Under the pieces are notes generated by a model. That model was given only the letters and a program-made list of their open reading frames with translations, made no database searches and was not told the origin of the DNA. A DNA stretch of 64,000 nt from Alphaproteobacteria bacterium. GTDB lineage: Bacteria > Pseudomonadota > Alphaproteobacteria > UBA828. Location: contig CBDCCI010000002.1 of the NCBI GenBank assembly GCA_965214705.1, positions 2,624,001 through 2,688,000 of the forward strand, written 5' to 3'. Below are positions 30,082 through 40,645 of the stretch, in pieces (the first letter of the stretch is position 1; every line of letters starts with the position of its first letter). The position numbers and the translations under genes are program-made.

Positions 30082-31185
30082 TCAGACTAGCTCTTCGATC
30101 GGCGTGTAGACGTCCGCGATCCCGAAGTACTTGGGGCCGAACACGTCGAGCGCCTCGGGCGTGCGCATCACCGGCGGCACGCTCACGCCCACCACGCGCA
30201 CCCGCTGGCCATACTTGAGCCCTTCGGTGGTGATCGGCTCGGCGTTTTCCTGATCGAGGATGCAGATCAGGTCTGGCACCATGCCGAGCATGCGCTCGCC
30301 CTGCTGAGCCACCAGAAACTCGTTCTGGAAGCGCACCTCCAATTGCTCACCCACGCTCTCGCCGATCCCCTCGAAGATCACCCGTCCGATGGCCCAGCCG
30401 CGCGTGGTCTCGCGCAGCAGGTCCACCACCTTGCCCTCGAACAGCACCGTGCAGAAGCGCTTGTCGCGGGAGGTCTGGAAGTACTGCTGGAGCCCGGCGA
30501 AGGGGTCGCTCTGGGTCTCGCGGGCCTCGCGGATCGAGCGGCCGATCTCCATGGCGAGCGTGGTGGTGTAGAGGACGCCGGTCTCCTTCGCCTCCTTGCC
30601 CGACATGGAATAGAGCGCGATCTCCGACTTGGTGCCCATGCGGGTGCACACCACCCGAGCGAACCACTCGGATTCGAGATTGCTGCGGGCGCGCACGATG
30701 ACCTCGTTGCCGTGCTCGTCGCGCAGCACGATGGGGGACGCAGGCACGCCGTAGACGCCGAAGGTGCACATCTGCAACTCGGGGAAGGCGCGCCCCATGC
30801 CGTCGCCGTCCACGACCGGCAGCCCGGTCATGGCTCCGATCACCATGGGCAGCGTGCCGTTGATACCGCCGGCCTCGGCGGAGATGAGCGCGGTGGCCGT
30901 GCGGCCCTTCTCGCGCTCGATCGAGCGCAGGCACTCCACCATGGCGTGCGCGCTCGGGATCTTCTCGACCATCACGGTGGGCGCGCCCATGTTGGCAACC
31001 GAGACGACGAAGTCGTCGTCATCGAGCTCCATCGGGTCCATGATGGTGATGTCGGCGCCTTCCTCCAGCTTCTGCCTGAGGATCAGCCCGCCGACATAGG
31101 GATCGCCGCCGCCGCCGGTGCCGAGAAAGGCCGTGCCGCGCAGGAAATCCGGCAGCAGGTCGAGGTGCATCTTCATCGTTGGCAT
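30082..31185 (-). CDS. DUF917-family protein
   Basis: LGTGGGGDP, MGAPTV..EK, EAGGIN, VVDGDGMGRAFPELQM, FQNEFL, PDLI. Confidence 0.88.
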   Translation of the reverse strand: MPTMKMHLDLLPDFLRGTAFLGTGGGGDPYVGGLILRQKLEEGADITIMDPMELDDDDFVVSVANMGAPTVMVEKIPSAHAMVECLRSIEREKGRTATALISAEAGGINGTLPMVIGAMTGLPVVDGDGMGRAFPELQMCTFGVYGVPASPIVLRDEHGNEVIVRARSNLESEWFARVVCTRMGTKSEIALYSMSGKEAKETGVLYTTTLAMEIGRSIREARETQSDPFAGLQQYFQTSRDKRFCTVLFEGKVVDLLRETTRGWAIGRVIFEGIGESVGEQLEVRFQNEFLVAQQGERMLGMVPDLICILDQENAEPITTEGLKYGQRVRVVGVSVPPVMRTPEALDVFGPKYFGIADVYTPIEELV

Positions 31186-31216
31186 GTTTTCGCTATCGCT
31201 CCTGCTTGGCTGCCGC

Positions 31217-32761
31217 TCAGCCTTCCGCGAGATCGCCCACCGCCTTGACTCGGACCCGGCAGGCGGCGCCGGGCAGGTAGGCAAGAGGGATCTCCTCGAC
31301 CTCGATGATCTCGATGCTGGCGGGCTCCGCGCCGGCATCCACCGCCTTGGCCTGGGCCTCGTTCTTGGCCTGGGCGATGGCGTTCTCGCGGCCCTCCTGC
31401 TCGTAGGAGAAGACACGGTCCACCTCGCCGCCCACCTGGGCGATGGCGGCGCCGATGGCGTTCGCGACCGCCGAGTGCTCGGGCACGCTCAAGGTGGAGA
31501 CGCCGGCCAGATCGCGCTCGATCAGGATGCTGCCGCCGCCCACCAGAATCGCGGGCACAGGCTCCGCGCTCGTCTTCATGCGGTCGATCGCGTCCTCCAC
31601 CATGGTGTGGATGGCATCCAGTCCGCGCTTCACCGCGGCGCCGTTCAGTCCGGCGACGGCGTTACGGTCGCCGATGTCGGCGAGGCCGGAGGCGACGGCG
31701 ACATCGGTGGCGGTCGGCGTGTCGCCGCCGAAGACCAGCGCCTTCTCCGTCAGCTCGAAGCCTACCGAATCCGGGCCGACGGTCACCTTGTCGTCGCCCC
31801 GCACCAGACTGCCGCCGCCGAGCCCAATCGCCAGCACATCGGGCATGCGGAAGTTGGTCCGTACCCCACCGACATCGACCGCGACCGCCGACTCCCGCGG
31901 GAAGCCCCGGGCAAGCACGCCGACATCGGTGGTAGTGCCGCCGATATCGACCACGACGGCGTTCTCCTTGTCGGAGAGGAAGGCCGCGCCCCGCATGCTG
32001 TTGGTCGGGCCCGAGGCGAAGGTCAGCACCGGATAGCGCTCGACGTAAGCCGCGCTCATCAGGGTGCCGTCGTTCTGGCTGATGAAGAAGGGCGCATCGA
32101 TCTTGAGTTCCTTCAACGAGTCGCGGAACGCGCCCACCACCTTGGCTGACAGCGAGACCAGGGCAGCATTCATCACCGCCGCGTTCTCGCGCTCGATCAG
32201 CCCCACCCGGCCGATCTCGTTGGAGAGCGTGATCTGGGCCTGCGGGTGCTCGGCGCGGATGATCTCGGCGGCGCGGTCCTCCTGCGCGCTGTTGAGCGGC
32301 GCGAAGACCGAGGAGACCGCCACCGATTCCAGCCCCTTGGCGGCGATATCGCGGGCAATGTTGGCGATCTCGGCCTCGTCCAGGGGCGAGATTTCGCGCC
32401 CGTCCACCTCGTAGCCGCCCTTGGCCATGTAGACGTTGCGGCCGATGGTATCCACCAGGTCGCGCGGCCAGTCGATCAGGGGATTGAGGCTCTCGGTGGC
32501 CGGCAGCGCCAGCCGCACGATGGCCACCGGCACCAAGCGTCGTCGCTCGACGATGGCGTTGGTGAACTGGGTGGTGCCGATCATCACACCGGTGACGGTC
32601 TCCGGCGCGACCTCGGAGCGGGCCAGCACGCCCTCGATGGCGGCCACCACGCCCGCGCCCACGTCGGCGGTGGTGGGTGCCTTGATGGACGCGACAACCG
32701 TTGCACCGTCCATCAGCACCGCATCGGTGTTCGTGCCGCCGACATCGACACCAATTCTCAT
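31217..32761 (-). CDS. Hydantoinase/oxoprolinase A-family ATP-binding protein
   Basis: MRIGVDVGGTNTDAV, GTTQFTNA, SGPTNSMRGA, DIGGTTTD. Confidence 0.92.
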   Translation of the reverse strand: MRIGVDVGGTNTDAVLMDGATVVASIKAPTTADVGAGVVAAIEGVLARSEVAPETVTGVMIGTTQFTNAIVERRRLVPVAIVRLALPATESLNPLIDWPRDLVDTIGRNVYMAKGGYEVDGREISPLDEAEIANIARDIAAKGLESVAVSSVFAPLNSAQEDRAAEIIRAEHPQAQITLSNEIGRVGLIERENAAVMNAALVSLSAKVVGAFRDSLKELKIDAPFFISQNDGTLMSAAYVERYPVLTFASGPTNSMRGAAFLSDKENAVVVDIGGTTTDVGVLARGFPRESAVAVDVGGVRTNFRMPDVLAIGLGGGSLVRGDDKVTVGPDSVGFELTEKALVFGGDTPTATDVAVASGLADIGDRNAVAGLNGAAVKRGLDAIHTMVEDAIDRMKTSAEPVPAILVGGGSILIERDLAGVSTLSVPEHSAVANAIGAAIAQVGGEVDRVFSYEQEGRENAIAQAKNEAQAKAVDAGAEPASIEIIEVEEIPLAYLPGAACRVRVKAVGDLAEG

Positions 32762-32925
32762 GCTTTTCTCCTGCGCTTCGTGCTGCCGCATCCTAATCGC
32801 AGTGCCATGCGACCGCACCGGCTAACGTCGCGCTGCCGCGCCCGATTGAACGCCGGACGGCAGAGACGTAGACTCCCCGCCAGGCAGCGCCGGCTGAACG
32901 GCGTTCCAATGGAAGGGCACCGGCC

Positions 32926-33693
32926 ATGGCAACGGATGTGAGAGTAGTTACCCCGATCACCACCTGGGGTTTTCGGGACAGCTCCGAGTTTCGCGCCCTC
33001 GAAAGGCCCGACTTGACGATCAGTCATGTCGAGATCGAGACCGGACCGGCCTCGATCGAATGCGAATACGACGAGGCGCTTGCCGTCCCCGGAACGATCG
33101 CGAAGATCATCGAGGCCGAGCGTGACGGCTGCGACGCGGTCGTGATCGACTGCATGGGTGACCCCGGCATGCTGCCGGGACGCGAGTGCGTATCCATCCC
33201 CGTGATCGGGCCGTGCGAGGCGGCGATGCACGTGGCTTCGATGCTGGGTCACACCTTCAGCGTCGTCACGGTGCTCAAGCGCCTGCGCCCGCAGTTCGAG
33301 CATCAGGCGCAGCTCTATGGCGTGCGCGAAAAGCTCGCTTCGGTCCGTGCCGTTTCGATCCCAGTGCTGGAGCTGGAGCAGGATCTCGACCGTACCAAGG
33401 CGGCGCTTGCGGAGGAGGCGGTTCTGGCGGTCGAGGAGGACGGCGCGGATGCGATCATCTTCGGCTGCACCGGCATGCTGGGCTGCGCCGAGGCCGTACG
33501 CCGCGGCCTGCTCGCCAGGGGCTACGACGTGCCGGTGATCGACCCGGTGCCGTGGGCGGTCAAGCTCGCCGCGAGCCTGGTGGACGCCGGGCTCAGCCAC
33601 AGCAAGATCACCTACGAGCGCCCGCCGGCGAAGCCCGTGGTCGGCTACGAGATTCCACCGATGACGAGCCTCACCCGCGACGCCGCCGAGTAG
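32926..33693 (+). CDS. Hydantoin racemase (Asp/Glu/hydantoin racemase family)
   Basis: GPASIE, DAVVIDCMGDPG, IIFGCTGM, VPVIDP. Confidence 0.88.
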   Translation: MATDVRVVTPITTWGFRDSSEFRALERPDLTISHVEIETGPASIECEYDEALAVPGTIAKIIEAERDGCDAVVIDCMGDPGMLPGRECVSIPVIGPCEAAMHVASMLGHTFSVVTVLKRLRPQFEHQAQLYGVREKLASVRAVSIPVLELEQDLDRTKAALAEEAVLAVEEDGADAIIFGCTGMLGCAEAVRRGLLARGYDVPVIDPVPWAVKLAASLVDAGLSHSKITYERPPAKPVVGYEIPPMTSLTRDAAE

Positions 33694-34121
33694 GTGTCGC
33701 GCCCAACCCGGTGGACTGACGCGTCGATCACGCCACCGCCTCCCCCGCGACCTCGGCCGTCGGCGTGGGGTGCCCGATCTGGGCCAACCTGACGCCCCTC
33801 CGGCGGATTTTCCCTTTCGGATCGACGGTTGCAGATTCGTCGAGGGCATCAAGTTCCCGAACTTCGAATTCATAACCTCCGCCAATCCAGTGGACTTGCT
33901 GATCCATTTGTAGAGAAGGCGCGACTCGAGCGCTGATCAGCCTTGTGCGACTAAGTGCAGGAAACTCGTTATTCGACCGTAGGTGGATGCCGCTCGCGTG
34001 TCAGTCGGCGAAACGGATAGGTCCGCAACTTGTTCGGATAGGTGATCACGGCCGACAAAGACCCGAGCCTCTTCACCGACCGGCCAAGCTTTCGTCTCTC
34101 AGCTTAGGCTGATCGATTTAG

Positions 34122-36814
34122 CTACGGGTGCGGCACTTCCGGCGGTTTGTCCAGCCCATGCCGCTGTGCCACGGAGACGGCGAGGGCCCGCTTATTCACC
34201 CCCAGCTTGGCATAGATATTCTTCAAGTGAAATTTCACTGTTGGTTCCGAGAGCCCCAAGTGCCGGGCGATGCGCTTGTTCGAGTGACCTTGCGCAAGTT
34301 GTTCCATGACTTCCAGTTCACGTGAGCTGAGAATATGCGCTGCCTCTCCATGTTCCCCAGAGCGCATGTCAGACAACAATCGGGCGACGAATTCTACTTC
34401 AACCTCGCTCATGTCGCCGATCCCGGTGGTTCGAACGACTGCCTGCACCAATTGCGCCAGAAATCTACCCTCTTCGGCAAAGGAACCATAAAATCCGCAC
34501 GAGCTGCCTAGGGCGATAGCTTGCTTGAAGGGCTTGGCGGCGGCGCGACTGTCTCCGGATTCATGCAGCGCCATGGACTGCAGGATTAATCCCTTTACCC
34601 GGAAGCGAACCGCATTTGCTTCCTGGGACTTGCGAACCGCCTCGTTCAGTAACTCCACTGCATGGACGGCGTCGCCAAACCGAATGTGGTATCGGGCCAG
34701 GGAAAATGCCGCCATATAGAAGCCGCGCCAACACGCCCCGGCATCTCCTGCATCGGCGTGAGTCAGGCGATCGATATCCTGCAAAGTCAACTCGGCCAGA
34801 TCGGCCCGTTCCGCGCGGACAAACAGATCCAGCCGCTTGTAACAAATAAGGTGCTGAAGCCGGTGCATGTTTCGCCGCCTGATCGTCCGCTCCGCTTGAT
34901 CGAGTATCTCGGCCGCGGCCTCAAGGCCGCTGTTGGCATACGCCACCTCCATGGCCACTCGGCCGCGGCCTCAAGGCCGCTGTTGGCATACGCCACCTCC
35001 ATGGCCACCGTGTATCCCGGAACATAAAGCTCGCTCCACCCTTCCCTGACCTCGATATCGTGAAGCGAATTGAAAATACGCCGGCTGGCGGCCATTGGGT
35101 CGCCGCGTTCGAGATGGATTTCCGACAAGAGCACGGAAGCGATGCCCGCGAGCCCCCTGTCAGCGGGAAAATACCGCTCAGCCAGTTCTAGCGCCGTTGA
35201 CCTTCGTTTCTGGGCATCGGAGAGAAGACCTTCTTCAAGATCAATAATGCTAATGTTGATATGAATAAAGAACTGGAGATATTTAGCATCGAGATCCCGA
35301 TAGTAGGCCATGGACCTCTCGCCGGACAGTCTGGCATTCTTCAGATCGCCTGCCTGGATCTGCGTGACGCAAAGAATATTATGAAGAACTCCTCGAACGA
35401 GCGGTTCCGATTCTTGTGTCGATCGTATCAAACTCTCAAAGCGAGCAATATCTTCATCTGAAATCATCAGGTCTTCATAAATTCGGAGAAGCGCGCCGAT
35501 CAGCGTGATCTCGTCGGCCAGATCGCGATCGTCGGCTGCGCCTTGGGCGACGACTTCGTCGAAAAGCTTGGCGGCCTCAACGATCCGCCCTTCTTTCGCA
35601 AGGACGTAAGCAAAACACAACTTGGCGCGCGGACTGGCATGAACCGCATTCGTAGGAATATGATCCAGGAGAGATCGGAGATAACCCACACCCTGTCTTA
35701 TGCCGACTAGTACGCCGCCAGCGTTTTCGACATATCCTATCGCCCGCGCGTAAGCGTTTCCTGCCTTGGCGTGGTGCATAGCGGACTGGAGATCATCGGC
35801 AGCGAAGAACCAATCGGCAGCGCGTCGATGTAACGCATCGACATGCTCCCTGCCGAGATAAATCTGCTGTTGCCGCAAGAACTCCAGAAACAGTTGATGA
35901 TACCTGAACCACCCGTCTTCGGGAGCATCACTCCTCGAAATCAGGACGCCGGCCTTCCAAGTCTCGAGTAATTTCTCCCATCCGTCATTTCGCTCTCGAA
36001 CAGCATCTGCAAGATCGCCGTTCAAACGCTCCAGATGCGCCGTCTCCAGCAGAAATTGTTGTAGGTCTTCCGGAAGTTGTTTGAACACGCGTTCATTGAG
36101 ATAATCGGCCAACTCGGCCCGCGATCCGGACAGGCTGCTGACATGTCGCTCGAAGGGAACGCTGCCATTGTGGGTCAGGTGTGTCAGTTGAACCGCGACC
36201 GGCCACCCTTCGGTCCGCTCAATCAACTGCCTCGAAACCTGCTCGTCCAGCGGTTGATCGAACAGCACTCCTATGTCCGCTTCGCAGAATCTAAGGTCGT
36301 CGACCGTGATCTCGTGGACTTCACCTTGCAATCTCAATCCTGAGACCGGAATGCCCGAACGCTCTCTAGTTGCAATGACGATATGCAAGGTTTGTGGGCT
36401 GTTGTGGATAAGGTATTCGAAAAGCTCGAGGCATGCGCCGGTATCAGCGAAATGCGCGTCGTCTATGATCAGGCATGCCTCCACACCGCTTTCGCGCAAC
36501 AGCGTTGTCAACATCGAGAGGCGAGCAAGCGGCTCCGTATCGCCCGAAACGGAAGCGTGAACACCGAGGTCAGCCCTGGCCGCCTGTTCCAGGAGCGCGA
36601 TCAACGACGTCGGATCGCAATCGCGGCGTTCAATTTGAACCCAGGCCCAGGCAATACCGGAACTAGCTAACCTGGTGCGCAGCTGATTCAGTAGGGTCGT
36701 CTTGCCATATCCGGCCGGTGCGTCGATCAGCGTCAGACGCCGCCCAAGATTGTCCTGAATGCGGTCGAGGAGCGGTGTCCGTTCGATCAGTACGACCCTG
36801 TCCGGTAAAGCCAT
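34122..36814 (-). pseudogene. MalT-like STAND ATPase/LuxR regulator, frameshifted
   Basis: APAGYGKT, IIDDAH, TEGWP, WFRYHQLF; LuxR HTH LSSRELEV...SNKRIA...TVKFHLKNIYAKLGV lies in a second frame. Confidence 0.88.
34908..35007. repeat. Perfect 50-bp tandem duplication
   Basis: CTCGGCCGCGGCCTCAAGGCCGCTGTTGGCATACGCCACCTCCATGGCCA twice (34908-34957, 34958-35007). Confidence 0.95.
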
Positions 36815-37087
36815 CGACCCATGCCCGGCAACTGGTCCGGCTCGAATCTTAGTCCATGGACGGTTTGTCGACCAAGCTGGCTGATCGGCGGATCACAGCG
36901 GAGCAGGACGGCCCGCCTGGCAGGACGATCGTCTCCAGGTCTGGCCGCCTGAATTCCAGGCGGCCACGTGGCCGTACGACGTTGTAGTGTTGTTCGGCGT
37001 GCAAAACTGCTCCCCCCAGTATCACGCCACTTCAATAGGTTATCGCGCCGATCGGCGCGCAACTCACGTGCCGAACAACAATCCGGG

Positions 37088-37990
37088 CTAATAGTCGCGG
37101 AGTTCCGAGGCTTCGGTGGCGGCCTTGGCTCCGCCGCGCATCCGGCCGCTGATCCAGACGCCGAGTATCGTCGCTAGATAGGGCAGCGAGAGCAGCACGT
37201 CGTGCGGGATGCTCGCGCCGAAGAGAAGCTGCAGCCTGATTCCCGCGACGCCCACCAGGCTGAAGAACATCGCGGCGAAGGCAGCGGCGACGGGATGGCC
37301 CGCGCCGAAGATGACGGCAGCGAAGCTCATGAAGCCGCGTCCGGCGGTCATGTTCTGGGCGAAGATGGTGAGGCCGCCGGCCGCAAGCTCTGCCCCGCCG
37401 AGGGCGCAGAGGATGCCGCCGGCCGCCAGCGCGATGAGCCGCGCGGTGGCCGGACTGGTGCCCACGCTGCGTGCCGCCAGCGGGTGCTCGCCGGCAGCGG
37501 CCAGACGCAGGCCGAAGCGCGTGCGGCGCAGCAGCACCCACATGCCCCACACCACAAAAGGCATCATCAGAACGAAGATCGAGAGCGCACCGTAAGGGCC
37601 AAAGGCCGCGCCCAGCCGGGGCACGCCAAAAGGCGCGGTCACGGCCGCGAGGCTCCCGAAAAGGGCCTGCACCGCCAAGGCCGTCCCGCCGATCCCGAGC
37701 CCGGTGAGGCCGAGGCCTGCGATGATCGGGTTGGCGCCCAGCTTCTCGATCACGAACCAGAGCAGCACGGAGGCGGCGACGCAGAGCATGCAGGCGATGC
37801 CGATAGCGGCCGGAAACGAACCGGTCAGCACGATGCCGAGAATTGTCGCGCAGGCGCCGATGATCATCACGCCTTCGAGGCCGAGGTGCCAGACGCCGGC
37901 GCGCTGGGCGATGACACCCGCCATGGTGACGTAGACCAGGGGCGTACCAGAGCGCAGAATCGCCACCATGAACTCGTGGAACTCGGTCAT
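37088..37990 (-). CDS. Nucleoside/sugar-type ABC permease
   Basis: AGVWHLGLEG, TRFGLRLAAAGEHP, TAGRGF. Confidence 0.9.
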   Translation of the reverse strand: MTEFHEFMVAILRSGTPLVYVTMAGVIAQRAGVWHLGLEGVMIIGACATILGIVLTGSFPAAIGIACMLCVAASVLLWFVIEKLGANPIIAGLGLTGLGIGGTALAVQALFGSLAAVTAPFGVPRLGAAFGPYGALSIFVLMMPFVVWGMWVLLRRTRFGLRLAAAGEHPLAARSVGTSPATARLIALAAGGILCALGGAELAAGGLTIFAQNMTAGRGFMSFAAVIFGAGHPVAAAFAAMFFSLVGVAGIRLQLLFGASIPHDVLLSLPYLATILGVWISGRMRGGAKAATEASELRDY

Positions 37991-39033
37991 GTTGGCAGCC
38001 TGGCGGCCCGCAGGAGGCGGTCCAACAGCCCCGATTTCGCAGTGATGAAGAGCGCGACCGAGGCGTTGAAGATGTCGATGGCGGCGGCTGGCAATCCGGC
38101 CAGAATTGGCAGGTAGAGCGCGGCCGACGCGAGGCCGCCGAAGAACATGCTGACGACCGCCGTCGCGAGCACCGAAAGGTTGGCGACCAGCGCAATGAGC
38201 ACCGCAGTGAAGCCGTGGCCGGGCAGAAATCCGCTCGCGATGCGCCCGGTCGGGCCGAGAAGCTCGATGGTGCCAGCGAGCCCGGCCAGTCCGCCGCTGA
38301 TGAGGAAGCTCGAAAGGCCCAGGGTCCAGAGCCGCGCGCCCTGAAAGCGCACCATTGTCGGGTTGCGCCCGGCGAGGCTCGCCAGCATGCCGAAAGGCGT
38401 ACGGTTGACCAGCACCCACATGGCGAGCGCGACGGCAGCGGCAATGCCGATGATGGCGGGCGAGATGCCCTGTGAATCGCTGATGCGATAGACCGCCGGC
38501 AGCAGCGGGCTCGCCGCCTGCTGCCCGGTGCCGGAGGGGTCCTTGAGCGGACCCGAGGTGACGTAGACCAGCACGAGGGCTGCGATGAAGTTGCCCATCA
38601 GCGTCGTGATGACCTCGTCGGTACCGGAGCGAAGCCGCAAGTATCCCGGCCAGAGCGCCCAGAGCGCGCCCCCCGCCATGCCGGCGAGAAAGGTCGCCGG
38701 CAGCACGAGGGCGGCCGGGCCGCCGCCGAGCAGGTCGGTGACGAAGGCAGCGCAGATGGCGCCCACATAGAACTGGCCCTGCGCACCGATATTGAAGAAG
38801 CCGCAGCGGAATGAGATTGCGACGCCGGTCGCGGTGATGAAGAGCGGGAGCGCCCAGCGCAGGCTCTGCGTCCAGCCGCCCGCCCGCAAGAAGGCGCCCT
38901 CGACGACGCTCTCGAGCATCAGGAGCGCCGAGTAGCCAGCGAGCTCGAAGACGATGCCGCAGAGCGCGAGCGCGAGAACGATGAAGGCGAGCGTGCGGAT
39001 TACCGCGCCTGCGCGGATGCGGATGCCGCTCAT
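37987..39033 (-). CDS. Nucleoside/sugar-type ABC permease
   Basis: FRCGFFNIGAQGQ, DEVITTLMGN, GHGFTAV. Confidence 0.9.
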   Translation of the reverse strand: MSGIRIRAGAVIRTLAFIVLALALCGIVFELAGYSALLMLESVVEGAFLRAGGWTQSLRWALPLFITATGVAISFRCGFFNIGAQGQFYVGAICAAFVTDLLGGGPAALVLPATFLAGMAGGALWALWPGYLRLRSGTDEVITTLMGNFIAALVLVYVTSGPLKDPSGTGQQAASPLLPAVYRISDSQGISPAIIGIAAAVALAMWVLVNRTPFGMLASLAGRNPTMVRFQGARLWTLGLSSFLISGGLAGLAGTIELLGPTGRIASGFLPGHGFTAVLIALVANLSVLATAVVSMFFGGLASAALYLPILAGLPAAAIDIFNASVALFITAKSGLLDRLLRAARLPT

Positions 39034-40610
39034 TCGACCGCTCCGGTCATGGCGCGGCCCACCGAGGCGATGTCGTAGGGCGGAACGAACTCGGCGACAA
39101 TGCGGCCTGAGAGCATGACCACCAGGCGGTGGCTGACGTCGAACAGCTCGTCGAGGTCAGAGGAGATCAGCAACACGCCGCAGCCTCGTCCGGCCGCCTC
39201 GCGCAGCGCCGACCAGACAAAGGCGGTGGCACCGATATCGAGCCCGCGCGCGGGCTGCGCGGCGACGATGAGGCGCGCGTCTTCGTCGATCTCGCGCGCG
39301 AGGATCACCTTCTGCGCGTTGCCGCCAGAAAGCGCGCCGGCGTTCTGTGCCGCCGACGCATAGTGCACACCCCAGGCTTGGAGCGCCTCGTCGCAGCGCC
39401 TGCGCTGGGCGGCCGGGTCGACGAAACTGAACAACGGCCTTTGCATCAGATCGCGAACGGACCAGTTCTCCCACAGCGCGCTGGTGAGGCTGAGGCCCTC
39501 GCTGTTGCGCTCGAAGGGGATGACGCGCAAGCCCAGCGCGCGACGGGCGGCGGGGCTCGTGCGGCTCGCACGCGTTCCACCCAGGTGGAGTTCGCCACCG
39601 GTCACGTCGGTAAGTCCGGCGATCGCCTTCACCAGAGTCCCCTGGCCGTTGCCCTGAACTCCGGCGACGCCGACGATCTCCCCCGGCCGGACCGCGAGGG
39701 AAACCCGGTCGAGCGGCGGTTCCTCGGGCTCCTTCGCCGTGCTCACGTCGGCGAGTTTGAGCACCGCCTCGCTGGCGGAGGGCTTCGCCGCGGTGGGACC
39801 ATGGTGAGCGGCGGCGCTTCGAACCGGCGCCGCCCCGACTAGCGTCTGTGTATCGTCGGCGCCAACGGCGCCCACGGCGGCTTGGCCGACGATCATCTCG
39901 GCGATGCGCTTCTCGTCCGCCCGCTCGCGTGGGATCGGTCCGGCGACCAGCTTGCCTCCGCGAAGGACGGAGATCGTGTCCGCCACCGCCATGACTTCGC
40001 GGATCTTGTGCAGGATCAGGATCACCGTGACCCCGTGCCGCTTGAGGCTGCGGATACGCTCGAAAAGGGCTTCGATGCCGACGGGCGGGAGCACTGCCGT
40101 CGGCTCGTCCAGAATGAGCAGCCTGGCGTCGGTGACCAGCGCGCGAGCGATCTCCACTCCCTGCTGCACCTCGACCGGCAGGTCGCGGATGCGCCGGCGA
40201 GGGTCGACATTGAGATCGAGGGCCGCGAGCCGTTCGCGGCATCGCTTCAAGATTTGCCGACGGCTGTAGAGGCCAATGCCACCGCCCGCGCCGAACTCCA
40301 GCGCCTCCGCCACGGTGAAGGAGGGCGGCAGCGCGAAGCTCTGGTGCACGAGCTCGACGCCCGCCGCGCGCGCGCCGGCCACACGGCCGAGACGCAACGC
40401 GCGCCCCTCGATAGCAAGGGTCCCTGCGTCGGGGCGGACGAGCCCGGCCGCGACACGGGCAAATGTCGTCTTGCCGGCGCCGTTCTGGCCGACCACGGCG
40501 TGTATCGCGCCGCGCGCGAAGGCGATTTCGAGATCGGCGAGCGCCGTCACCTCGCCGTATGTGACGCGAATCCCACGGCAACGGAGGGCCGGCGGGTCCG
40601 CGGCGGCCAT
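39030..40610 (-). CDS. Nucleoside-type ABC ATP-binding protein (two NBDs)
   Basis: GQNGAGKT, ILDEPTAVL, GVQGNGQ, LSGGNAQK, QPARGLD. Start position approximate. Confidence 0.9.
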   Translation of the reverse strand: MAAADPPALRCRGIRVTYGEVTALADLEIAFARGAIHAVVGQNGAGKTTFARVAAGLVRPDAGTLAIEGRALRLGRVAGARAAGVELVHQSFALPPSFTVAEALEFGAGGGIGLYSRRQILKRCRERLAALDLNVDPRRRIRDLPVEVQQGVEIARALVTDARLLILDEPTAVLPPVGIEALFERIRSLKRHGVTVILILHKIREVMAVADTISVLRGGKLVAGPIPRERADEKRIAEMIVGQAAVGAVGADDTQTLVGAAPVRSAAAHHGPTAAKPSASEAVLKLADVSTAKEPEEPPLDRVSLAVRPGEIVGVAGVQGNGQGTLVKAIAGLTDVTGGELHLGGTRASRTSPAARRALGLRVIPFERNSEGLSLTSALWENWSVRDLMQRPLFSFVDPAAQRRRCDEALQAWGVHYASAAQNAGALSGGNAQKVILAREIDEDARLIVAAQPARGLDIGATAFVWSALREAAGRGCGVLLISSDLDELFDVSHRLVVMLSGRIVAEFVPPYDIASVGRAMTGAVE

Positions 40611-40645
40611 CTGTTCCGAGAGCGCCTCCTGATCAGGGCGTACCT

